Sequence record: NZ_AP019725.1
Source of the DNA: a plasmid
Length of the DNA stretch: 64,000 nt
Direction: 5' to 3' (one strand)
Shown here: one piece after another, positions 1 through 9,214 of the stretch
Numbering within the stretch: position 1 is the stretch's first letter
How the letters are laid out: each line of letters begins with the position of its first letter
Program-made: the position numbers and the translations under genes
Notes under the pieces: generated by a model
Seen by the model: the letters and a program-made list of their open reading frames with translations, nothing else
Told to the model about the DNA's origin: nothing
The model's database searches: none

Positions 1-1249
1 CGAGGTTGGTGGTGTACTGCTTGCTGATGTGTTCGCATTTGAGGTGCCATGACTTATCTGTAGTGCCCTGGACAGCTACCTTTATGGTGTTGTGGCCATT
101 CTTTCGGTTGATAGCATCTATGGCGGCGGCCAGGCGTGATTGCTTGTCACGGTCAATGGTGTCAAAAAGGTTGGTTTGGATGGCAGAATCAGGAACTATG
201 TTCCAGACAATGACACCGGCTTTTTTGTACTGATAACCGCCCTCTTTGCGGAAATCCATGCGGAGTGCCCGAACTGCAGTGCTTACAAGTTCCTGAAGGT
301 CGTTGGTCGGTACCTGCAGGTGGATGGTGCGGTTGATGCAGTACTGCGGAAGATCCATACGGAAACGGCTGGTATAGGCGAATACTGTTATCTCTGTGCA
401 GCAGCTGTGCTGCATACGGAGCTTACGGACACATTCGGAAGAAAAGTTGGCGACAGCTTCCTCTAAGCTGGAGAGTTCGGACAGACCGGAGTCAGGGAAA
501 CTTCGGCTGGTACAGATACTCTTCTTCTGTGGCAGTTCCTCGACATCGATGCAGGATTCACCACGAAGCTCCTTCCAAGTACGTACACCGGTAATTGTAA
601 GTTATTTTCGCACAAAACTCTCGCTTTTCTGAGTGAAATCCCAGGCGGTATTTAAACCGTAATAGTGCAGCTTATCCAAGCTTCGATGGCCGATACCCCA
701 AACATCGCCAATTTCGAAGCCCTGCAGCGCCTTGATGCGCTTTTCCTCAGAATCAATCATGCATACACCCTGATATCCCTTGTACTTCTTTCCGTAACGG
801 CTTGCCACCTTCGCCAGAGTCTTTGTCGGAGCAATACCCATCGTAACCGGGATGCCGGTACCCTTTCCGATGGTCTTCACAATCCTGTGACCGTAGGAAA
901 CCAACTTCTCCCCTTCTCCGAAGCCGGAGAGATCCAGGAACGCTTCATCAATTGAGTACTGGGTCAGTTCGGGCGTGAACTCGGACAGCAGCATCATTAC
1001 CCGGCGACTCATGTCACCGTACAGGTTGTAGTTTGAGCTGAAGACAGCCACATTGTTTGCCTCAAGGACTTCACGAATCTGGTAGAGAGGTGTACCCATC
1101 TTGATACCCATTGCTTTAACTTCGTTGCTTCGGGCCACGACACAGCCGTCATTGTTACTCAGAACAACGACAGGTTTGTCACGGAGCAGCGGATTGAACA
1201 CGCGCTCGCATGAACAGTAGAAGTTATTGCAATCGACAAGGGCTATCAT
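1..1249 (-). pseudogene. umuC: Y-family translesion DNA polymerase subunit UmuC, interrupted by an in-frame TAA at 602..604; the C-terminus runs off the window start
   Basis: The N-terminal 215 aa ([18 protein letters not shown]...) is a canonical UmuC N-terminus. The same reading frame continues past the TAA as LTITGVRTWKELRGESC...HLQVPTNDLQ..., colinear with the E. coli UmuC central and C-terminal region. There is a 4-nt overlap with umuD upstream. Confidence 0.75.
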
Positions 1250-1695
1250 CTTCCTTTTCTAAGCTGTCTCTTTATGTTATAAGTAAGAACACCCCATATC
1301 AGGTAGTTGTTCTCTTCAGTAATCTTTATGGGTGAATATTCCTCGTTGGCCGGTACGAGCCAGATACATTTCTCCTTATCGTCAAAGCGCACAGTCTTCA
1401 GCGTGAACTCTCCATCGATGAAAGCCACAACGATGTCACCGTCCTGAGGCTCCAAGGCCTTGTCTATAACCAACAGGTCGCCATCATCAATACCACAGTC
1501 CTTCATTGAATCTCCGGAAGCACGGGCATAGAATGTTGTGGCCGGATGACGTATGAGTTCCCGGTTCAGGTCTATGCTGTCAGTCATGTAGTCCTGGGCC
1601 GGTGAAGGAAATCCAGCTCTCACACCTTGATCTGCAAACGGCAATGACAGTTCACTGCTCAGGTCAGCAGAATACATGGTAAGTTTTATGTTCAT
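1246..1695 (-). CDS. umuD: UmuD-like S24 LexA-family peptidase (SOS mutagenesis protein)
   Basis: 149 aa ending in a LexA/UmuD-like S24 peptidase domain ([18 protein letters not shown]...[13 protein letters not shown]). Its stop overlaps the umuC start in a classic umuDC arrangement. Confidence 0.85.
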   Translation of the reverse strand: MNIKLTMYSADLSSELSLPFADQGVRAGFPSPAQDYMTDSIDLNRELIRHPATTFYARASGDSMKDCGIDDGDLLVIDKALEPQDGDIVVAFIDGEFTLKTVRFDDKEKCIWLVPANEEYSPIKITEENNYLIWGVLTYNIKRQLRKGR

Positions 1696-1976
1696 CCCAG
1701 TAGACCTTTCTCCAGCATTTCCTTACGAAGAAGTTCTTTCTCAACCTCAGTCATATCAGCCAGTTTCAATCTGTGCGGATTCTGTATCTGATAAGCCTTG
1801 ACATCATCAATCACATTCTGGAAGTCATACAGAAATTCGCGAGAAGCGCCATGCCTTCTGTAGATTTCAATGGCTGCTTCCAATACTTCTACTGTGCAGC
1901 TGTCATCGCCCTGAAATACGATAGCCGGTATATCATTTACGATGCATTTTCTTAATAAAGCAAGTTGATCTTTCAT
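1692..1976 (-). CDS. small conserved mobile-element protein (MKDQ..LL.KC.VNDIPAIVFQG family)
   Basis: The 94-aa ORF overlaps the umuD start by 4 nt. The same ~75-aa domain recurs at 28468..28692 and as the N-terminus of the 18441..19475 protein. Confidence 0.6.
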   Translation of the reverse strand: MKDQLALLRKCIVNDIPAIVFQGDDSCTVEVLEAAIEIYRRHGASREFLYDFQNVIDDVKAYQIQNPHRLKLADMTEVEKELLRKEMLEKGLLG

Positions 1977-2103
1977 ATTTTGATTATGTTACAAATTCAA
2001 AAATAACATAAAATAATTTAGTTGTGTAATTTTATCCTAATCATACACAATCTACAGATAGTTGTGATACAGATAAATGGATAGTTGTATAAAACCGTCC
2101 ATA

Positions 2104-2391
2104 TTAAATATTTTTCAATTTACTTATTGAAGCAACAAACTCTTTGGCAGGTTTGAAAGCAGGTATATCATGTTCCGGCACAATTAATGTAGTGTTTCTG
2201 CAAATATTGCGAGCGGTTTTCTCTGCTCTATGCTTCAGGATAAAGCTGCCGAAGCCTCTTAGAAAGACAGGTTCCTGATTTGCCAATGAAGATTTTACTT
2301 CAGACATGAATGCCTCTACTACTGTTAATGCTGTTGCGTAATCTATACCAGTAGAATAAGATATTTGTTTAACTAATTCAGATTTTGTCAT
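2104..2391 (-). CDS. HU/IHF family DNA-binding protein
   Basis: MTKSELVKQIS...GFGSF... carries the HU-fold signature. An internal Met at 2391 is the likely start. Confidence 0.8.
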   Translation of the reverse strand: MTKSELVKQISYSTGIDYATALTVVEAFMSEVKSSLANQEPVFLRGFGSFILKHRAEKTARNICRNTTLIVPEHDIPAFKPAKEFVASISKLKNI

Positions 2392-2447
2392 ATAGCTATT
2401 TATAAAGGTTGATAATAAATACATTAAAATAGGCACAAAGATAATAA

Positions 2448-3401
2448 TTAGGAAGCATCAGATTTCAATAATGACAATTTTAAAGAGCCATCACACAACA
2501 AATCATAATATAAATAAAGCAACGGTTTTAAATAAGACCGGATAGCCGGAACCTGCAAATATATTTTCTTATTTACCATAACACACGAAAGCTTTTCATA
2601 ACCGTTTGGTATATGCTTATTAAGCTGAGAGATAAAATTAATAATCTTTTGAGGAGTAGGCCAGTTCAAGAACTGAATGGTCACATTCATATCATCATAA
2701 CTAACAGATAATTTATAAGAAAGATCTTGTGAGGTAACGAGAGAAGAAATAAGAAGCAGAGCCTCTAAATAATTGCTACCAGCCATTACTATTATATCTC
2801 TATCACAAGATATTTTTGACAAAACATAATCAATCAGCAAAGTTGAAGATGAAGAAAGCAAATATCCTGTTGAGTCTGGATCACCGGATTTATCCAGACC
2901 AAAGAACAAGACAGGATCCCAGCAGATATATACAGAGCCAGACTTATCTGTGCGTATTGAAGCCAGGCACTGATTATCGTCAAACAAAAGTCTTGTATTT
3001 CCCTTAACTGGATCAAATTGAAAAAGATTGCGATAGGCATTCAGTCCAGATTTATCCTGATGTATAGATTTGAGCAAATAGCCATGCAGTCCAAATACAT
3101 GTTTTAGTTTCACATATGTTTCTTTTGCCGAAACATCAAACAAATAATCTATTATTTGTTGTCTGCTGCAACGAACAGGCAGGGAAAACTCTTCGCAATC
3201 TTCCAATTCTTCTAAATTAACCTTCAGTAATTCAGCCAGCATAATAACCGAAATATCCGTAAAACCGTATAATTCCATACAGCAAATTACGTTATTTTCA
3301 TTACAATAAATGAGATAACCCCTATTGTTGATTCTATAAAGGCGAAAAAAATCACCATACTCTACTGGAGTATATTCTTTGAAAAGCGACTGGAAATTCA
3401 T
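2448..3401 (-). CDS. hypothetical protein
   Basis: 317-aa ORF with no recognisable motifs and AT-rich codon usage. Confidence 0.45.
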   Translation of the reverse strand: MNFQSLFKEYTPVEYGDFFRLYRINNRGYLIYCNENNVICCMELYGFTDISVIMLAELLKVNLEELEDCEEFSLPVRCSRQQIIDYLFDVSAKETYVKLKHVFGLHGYLLKSIHQDKSGLNAYRNLFQFDPVKGNTRLLFDDNQCLASIRTDKSGSVYICWDPVLFFGLDKSGDPDSTGYLLSSSSTLLIDYVLSKISCDRDIIVMAGSNYLEALLLISSLVTSQDLSYKLSVSYDDMNVTIQFLNWPTPQKIINFISQLNKHIPNGYEKLSCVMVNKKIYLQVPAIRSYLKPLLYLYYDLLCDGSLKLSLLKSDAS

Positions 3402-3865
3402 ATTTGATATTTTTAAAGTGACAAATCATTATTTTTATGTTTCTTTTTCCGTTTCAAAGGCGGAAGATCATCTTCTCTATTTTTCCTGCTACCGCCAGTA
3501 ATATCAATATCCGGTATAAAAGGAAGAGCAGAATGTGACATATACTCATTATCGCGTTCTAAAGACTCTCGCCACTCCCCTACCCTGTATATCGTGTTAT
3601 CATGCAATAAAGGCTCTCTATCAAAATGGCTCTGTATATTAGCATAGGTAAATTTGCGAGATATATCGGAAGCCTTAAATTCAAATGGAATATACCTATC
3701 TTTGGCAACAAGAATCAGTTTGCCAGTGCTGCAAGTGTCAGCCCGGAACAGATAGGTAGAATAATAAAGTTGGAACGGGATTTTGGATATACATTAAAAA
3801 GAAATTTAAGATTGCCAGCTGGAGCGTTCGGAGAAAACTGTGGTGCTACTTAGTTAATTGCAGAT

Positions 3866-4291
3866 ATGGAAGTAAAGTATGGAGTTTATAAAGTTGTCGG
3901 TTCAAAATCTGAACTGGTTATAGCTTATGGAGAACCGCACGTACCAATGAGGACGAGACGAAAATATGCCGGCAAGAAAGCCAAAATTAAGGCTATAGAA
4001 CAGCTTACCGGCAATGTAATGGATACTCATCTATCGACAAGTGAAATTAATGCTTATATTGGCCAATATATTTTTGGAACTTCTCAATGGGCAGAGTATC
4101 ATCGATTATTTGAATATTTTGCCAGTGAACTGGAACAAGTTCCGGAACCAGTAGAACTGAAGTTTCTTGTGATAGTTGAGTTTGATGAAGCAATGTGTAG
4201 GCCTGATGATGATCGGCTTATTTACATGGTGAAACAAGCTTTGGAAAATAACTCTATAGACATATATAGGGGCTTCAAAATCCAATCATAA
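3866..4291 (+). CDS. hypothetical protein
   Basis: 141-aa ORF with no recognisable motifs. Confidence 0.35.
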   Translation: MEVKYGVYKVVGSKSELVIAYGEPHVPMRTRRKYAGKKAKIKAIEQLTGNVMDTHLSTSEINAYIGQYIFGTSQWAEYHRLFEYFASELEQVPEPVELKFLVIVEFDEAMCRPDDDRLIYMVKQALENNSIDIYRGFKIQS

Positions 4292-4410
4292 CTTTCTCCA
4301 TCCAGGCAATTGATAACAAATAGGGAGAAGCATGAGACGTCAAATCGAATGACAAACAAATCAATATATTATAATTTAACGTCTTTCTTTTCCTACTTTG
4401 TTACTTTCAA

Positions 4411-5298
4411 CTAATCTATTGGTATGTTAAAATCTTGTCGCAGTTTGAATTTTACTAAAGTTGATGTTGCTATCTTATGAAAATCAGGATCTTCTTCAAT
4501 TCCGGATAACATTGTGTATATTTCATGTATAGTTTTATCTTCTCTTTTAATAATTTTTTCTTCAATAAATGGATAATCGAATGGATATAGCTTCTTCAAT
4601 TGTTGCATTATAAACTTCATATATTCAGGTCTCAGCCTTGCAAGACGTAATACATCAATTTCATTGATAATATCAAAAGCCACAGTGCTTATTTTACTTC
4701 CACGTCCGATTACAGCTCGCCCTATATTTATTTTTATATAAAATGGCAAGGAGCCTTCCTGGTATAATTTGCTAATAACTTTTTCAATAGGAATTAAAAT
4801 CCGGCTTTTCAACATTGCATTTGTATAATTAATGCCAAGTATTGCTTTAAGTTCCTCGGGTGATGTTTTATATGTTTTTCCTTTGGATATTATTTCATAT
4901 AATACATCGCTTTTCATATTAAATTTTGATAATGCATTTAAGAATACATTTGCGATATATGTATTCTCTATAGTTGATTTATCAGCATGATATAAATAAA
5001 TAGATAATGCATCTGTATTGTGTTTTATTTCTATTCCAGCATTGTGCTCATCACATGATATAACAAGTGGACGCATTTTAAAACCGCTTTTAGTAACTTC
5101 TCGAACAACAGTTTGATGATAGAGTGCGAGAATTGAAAAAAAAGCACTTTGGTTTGGGAAGTATTTATAAATGCTCTCCCATGAAATATAGGATGTTATA
5201 CAATAACTCTTTTTTTGATTTGAAAAAGAGCTATATATTTGCTCATCGAATAGAGCTAATAGTGAGCGGAAGCTATATGATGATAATTTATTTGACAT
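4411..5298 (-). CDS. hypothetical protein, distal gene of a two-gene AT-rich operon
   Basis: 295-aa ORF that overlaps the upstream gene by 11 nt. No known motif recognised. Confidence 0.55.
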   Translation of the reverse strand: MSNKLSSYSFRSLLALFDEQIYSSFSNQKKSYCITSYISWESIYKYFPNQSAFFSILALYHQTVVREVTKSGFKMRPLVISCDEHNAGIEIKHNTDALSIYLYHADKSTIENTYIANVFLNALSKFNMKSDVLYEIISKGKTYKTSPEELKAILGINYTNAMLKSRILIPIEKVISKLYQEGSLPFYIKINIGRAVIGRGSKISTVAFDIINEIDVLRLARLRPEYMKFIMQQLKKLYPFDYPFIEEKIIKREDKTIHEIYTMLSGIEEDPDFHKIATSTLVKFKLRQDFNIPID

Positions 5299-6583
5299 TA
5301 TAACAAACTTTTAAATTAGCTGGAAAATATTTAAGAAGAACACGTTGAAAATCATCAATAAAATATGTTTCAATAGTATTATATACATTATATGAAGTTT
5401 TGAATGTCAATATACATTCTGTGTCAGTTTCTCTATAGTCATAAAAATTTAATTGTGAAAATAGATCTTTAATCTGTGTACTGGCAGAACTTTCTTTGAT
5501 ATGAGTTATACATTCTGCCCAATAACGGATACCCGCAGCCGTATCTTTTTCTTCTTTTTGAAATAATGGTGCATCTTTTATCTTGGATTGATCTATTTTA
5601 GAAGAGTTTGGATTTATTCCATATCGTCTGAATATAAAGCATAAATAATTAGTCTTTTTATTTATATGTGAAGTTTCTGTATTTTCATATTTATATAAAC
5701 GCAGCCATAAATGTATAATTTTATCACTATCCATCAGTCGTATTTGGTTCAATATATTTATTCTATATTTCTCTAAGTGTTTTCGTAAGAAATTGTCTAT
5801 TTTCATAAATGATTCTTGTGCTTCAATATCCTGCCGTTTTGTACGACTATCATTATGAACAGTGAATTCCCATCCCGCAATTTTTTTACATTTTCCTACC
5901 AACTCTCTTCGTTCTTGATATGTAAAGAAACGAGGTGATAAACCTGCATCGAAAAGCTTCTTTATTTCAGTTTGTGTGGGAATAAGTATTTTATCAAGAA
6001 TATTTGTTACATTATATTTAATATCAAATTTTTTGTTTATTTCGGTAGGAGTTAAAAAGAATTTGTAATTATCACGAGGATCATCATGTTTTAGCATTTC
6101 CCAATACATTTCATATGTGTAAGATGATTTGAAAAATGTTGTCAAATTATAATCTAAGGAAGTGTAAGATGTTCCATTAGTTATAATATATATTTGTAAA
6201 ATCTCTGGATCTACATTCAGATGTAACCCTGTATCGTCTAATCGAGCACGAGAAAACAAGCTCATATAATCAAAGTTACCGTCAGCGTCCGGTTCACCTT
6301 TTATTTTCATAAAATCTCTAATCATCTTATCAATATCCTTTTTCCAATTTGGAGTCGGATACCATTCTCGTAAAACCTCTGGTGGAATATCAAGTTTTAA
6401 TATCCGCTGATTACGTATGTATTCTTGCAAATCAGTATTCAGAAATTGAATATATCTCTCTATCAATAATTGGCTACGGCTTCGAACTATTGAAGTTGTA
6501 AAGCCTGGAGCTTGTTTATTACGTTTAAGCAGGGCTTCTTCTTCGCTACTTATCGGTATATTCTCTTGTTTGACTTGGACCAT
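5288..6583 (-). CDS. hypothetical protein, proximal gene of the two-gene operon; possible replication-initiator-like protein given the adjacent iterons
   Basis: 431 aa from the internal Met at 6583 (446 aa from the upstream Met). The iteron array lies about 220 bp upstream of its start. No catalytic motif recognised. Confidence 0.5.
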   Translation of the reverse strand: MVQVKQENIPISSEEEALLKRNKQAPGFTTSIVRSRSQLLIERYIQFLNTDLQEYIRNQRILKLDIPPEVLREWYPTPNWKKDIDKMIRDFMKIKGEPDADGNFDYMSLFSRARLDDTGLHLNVDPEILQIYIITNGTSYTSLDYNLTTFFKSSYTYEMYWEMLKHDDPRDNYKFFLTPTEINKKFDIKYNVTNILDKILIPTQTEIKKLFDAGLSPRFFTYQERRELVGKCKKIAGWEFTVHNDSRTKRQDIEAQESFMKIDNFLRKHLEKYRINILNQIRLMDSDKIIHLWLRLYKYENTETSHINKKTNYLCFIFRRYGINPNSSKIDQSKIKDAPLFQKEEKDTAAGIRYWAECITHIKESSASTQIKDLFSQLNFYDYRETDTECILTFKTSYNVYNTIETYFIDDFQRVLLKYFPANLKVCYNVK

Positions 6584-6800
6584 AATTTTTATATTTGCCA
6601 CAAATATAAGAAGATATTTTAATAACACGTACTGTTATAAAGAAAATAAATAATTGAAAGTGTAATAGGAGTCTTATTCAGCTATTGATAATCAACAAAA
6701 AAGAAATGTTAATTCATATGCTTAAAAATGCTAATCATATTAACACTTATTTACAGCTTTCATCTAATTCACGTAGACCCAGAATTTTCTACAACTAAAT

Positions 6801-6965
6801 GAGCGTACCTTTCCAGAGGTGAAAGCGTACCTTTCCAGAGGTGAAAACGTACCTTTCCAGAAGTGAAAACGTAACCTTTCCAGAGGTGAAAGCGTTTTCC
6901 AGAGGTGAAAACGTAACCTTTCCAGAAGTGAAAGCGTTTTCCAGAGGTGAAAACGTTCCTTTTTA
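6801..6965. repeat. tandem array of 8 direct repeats (19-23 bp, consensus GAAARCGTA(A)CCTTTCCAGAGGT), iteron-like
   Basis: Head-to-tail units with no spacers and minor indel variants are read directly in the sequence. The 70-aa ORF 6769..6981 is only a translation of these repeats. Confidence 0.9.
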
Positions 6966-7369
6966 AATCTCTAATTATCAAGTAATTACGAATGTTAAAA
7001 AAAGATGCTTAGCTTTAGCTATAATATTAGCTTCTTTTTTGCTAAAGATATTACGAAAAACACTTCTAAAATAAAATCATCCATGCAAACAAATGAATCA
7101 ATAATGAAAAGCAACAAATAGGGAAAATAAATCAAAAAATTAAACTGAGTGTTTTAGGGCTATTTTAAGGCCCCTTTTGTGCTTGACAAGCCATTTCTTC
7201 AAAATCTAATAAAAGTTCCAAATTGGGCAAAAAACAAGCCAATAGGATGTGTTTTGGAAGCGAATGTCATTAGCGTTGCAGTTGTATCCTGATGAGATTT
7301 TTTCAAGAAGTTTTGTAGTCGCATAAGTTAGCAAATATTTTTTAGGATTTATATTGTAAATTAATTTCA

Positions 7370-7700
7370 TATATTATTTCCCTAATAGTAGCTTTACTGA
7401 TGAGGGAAATGGAACGAAGTGTAATGTGATTAGCAAGAAGAGTTCACGCAAATTGTGAACTTAATAACGCAAAGCGTTATATATTAGATAGTTATAAAAT
7501 ACATAATATTTTTTAGGTAGAATTTTGGTAGAATTTATATAATTAATATCTTAATTTAAAATGATTTATAAGGTGGAATGTTAAAAATATTCTAATTTAT
7601 AAATGCCATATAATCAGCATATTAATTTTTCATATATTGTTTTTTGGTGGAAAATAGGTGGAATTATTAATATTAACTATCTTTGTTGCAATAAAATAGA
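7370..7700. promoter_or_regulatory. candidate oriT/promoter region upstream of mobA
   Basis: AT-rich region with perfect inverted repeats (AGTTCAC-n7-GTGAACT near 7440, TAACGC-aaa-GCGTTA near 7467, TTTCCCT-n19-AGGGAAA near 7372). It also carries five GGT(A/G)GAAT direct repeats between 7510 and 7670. Confidence 0.4.
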
Positions 7701-7707
7701 TAATTAA

Positions 7708-8292
7708 ATGGCAGAGGAATATAAAAGTATAAAGATTAAAGAGGATGTAAAGAATAGACTTGATAGATATAAAAAGAGATGCAGTTATTCAGACTGCCTG
7801 GATGAGATGCTTGGGTATTTCGAGCTGACCGGCGTAGAGCCCCGTCTTGGTCAAACACCTCCAGTTGCTACTTTTGTTTCTACCATGAAGTCTGGCAATG
7901 CTGTTTTATTGAAGAGAATGGATGATCTGATAAAGATTCTACGTAATATTGAGATTAATAAGATTGATCCCATATTACATAGTGTTGAGGATGGATTTTT
8001 CTCGGATAGAAGTAATACTCCAGAAGTAGGGTTAAGTGTTTCTGAGGAGGAATTATACCAGGTAATACAAATGAATGAGAAATTGAAATCGGATATACGA
8101 AATAAAGATATACTTATACAAAAACTTCGGTCGGATGCTATTGAAAATAATGTTATTCAGGATATTATATCTGATATTGAAGAACTATTATCTGACAGAA
8201 TTCTTTCTTCTAATAAAGACGGTTTCTTTCTATTGTCTCGCGAGCATAGAGATCAACTAATAAGAAAAATTAGAACATATATCAATGTATAG
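7708..8292 (+). CDS. mobA: MobA-like mobilization accessory protein
   Basis: 194-aa protein and first gene of a three-gene operon with overlapping stops and starts, placed as in Bacteroides mobABC modules. Confidence 0.55.
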   Translation: MAEEYKSIKIKEDVKNRLDRYKKRCSYSDCLDEMLGYFELTGVEPRLGQTPPVATFVSTMKSGNAVLLKRMDDLIKILRNIEINKIDPILHSVEDGFFSDRSNTPEVGLSVSEEELYQVIQMNEKLKSDIRNKDILIQKLRSDAIENNVIQDIISDIEELLSDRILSSNKDGFFLLSREHRDQLIRKIRTYINV

Positions 8293-9214
8293 CAAATTGC
8301 ATCGTCCAGAAAAAAATGAGTTGGGAGTGTCAGTTAATGCAGGCAGTTGTGTTAAATTGGCTCATTACTTGGATAAGGAATCTGGTAGTGGAAAATTCTT
8401 TTTTTCGCAAAATCAGGATAGTGTGCCTTTGACCGAAGTAATACAAAAAATAGACAACAATAAGAAAACACTTAAAAACAATCAAGATAAATTCTACATG
8501 TTATCCTACAATCCTTCACAAAGGGAAATTGCCCATTTGATTAAAGAGGTGACAGGAAAAGATAACGTGGTAGCTCTTTCTTCACTGACGGATAAGGAGA
8601 TTGAAAAAGTTGTCTCTGAATTCCAGGATTACGTAAGGGACTGTATGGATATATATGCTAGGAATTTTAATAGAAATAAGGATTTGTCAAGTGAAGATCT
8701 TCTCTGGTTTGGAAGAGTGGAAACTGAACGGCATTATACATATCTTGATGAAGAGGTTAAGGATGGCTTAAGAAGTAAGGGAGACTTGAAAGAAGGATTG
8801 CAGCTTCATGCTCATGTTATAGTTTCCAGGATGGACGTTACTCAGACCATATCATTGTCGCCTCTGGCTAAAAGTATGGGAAATGTTAATGTTCTTAATG
8901 GGAAAGCCGTGAAAAATGGTTTCAGCATGAAAGGGTGGCAGGTAGACTGCTTTCAGCATTTCGGTAATAAATATGGATATATAGCAAATGCAGATGAACG
9001 CTTTTACTATCACGATAGCAGTTATTCCAGCTATAAAAATAAGATTCAGAATAAGATTATACATGAGGTAATGGAGGATATGAAAGAGGAGAGGCAATTT
9101 ATGACTGGTGCAAGAAATATTACTCTAATTCTTCATCCAACAAAGAAATCTGTCAAGTTGTATTTAAAGCAAAAAATTAAAAATATTTTATTGGAAAATG
9201 AGTCAGTGATATGA
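8285..9214 (+). CDS. mobB: MobB-like relaxase (relaxase/mobilization nuclease family)
   Basis: Carries a relaxase motif-III-like LQLHAHVIVSRMD (HxH...NRxD pattern). It overlaps mobA by 8 nt and mobC by 4 nt. Confidence 0.6.
   Translation: MYSKLHRPEKNELGVSVNAGSCVKLAHYLDKESGSGKFFFSQNQDSVPLTEVIQKIDNNKKTLKNNQDKFYMLSYNPSQREIAHLIKEVTGKDNVVALSSLTDKEIEKVVSEFQDYVRDCMDIYARNFNRNKDLSSEDLLWFGRVETERHYTYLDEEVKDGLRSKGDLKEGLQLHAHVIVSRMDVTQTISLSPLAKSMGNVNVLNGKAVKNGFSMKGWQVDCFQHFGNKYGYIANADERFYYHDSSYSSYKNKIQNKIIHEVMEDMKEERQFMTGARNITLILHPTKKSVKLYLKQKIKNILLENESVI

Noticed and set aside
140-632. Plus-strand ORFs 140..466 and 396..632
   Set aside because: They are antisense to the C-terminal half of umuC, which is clearly coding on the minus strand.
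6769-6981. 70-aa ORF with a repetitive FTSGKRFH peptide
   Set aside because: It is merely the translation of the tandem 22-bp iteron array, so the periodicity is at DNA level and it is not a gene. It is also not a CRISPR array, since the repeats abut with no spacers.
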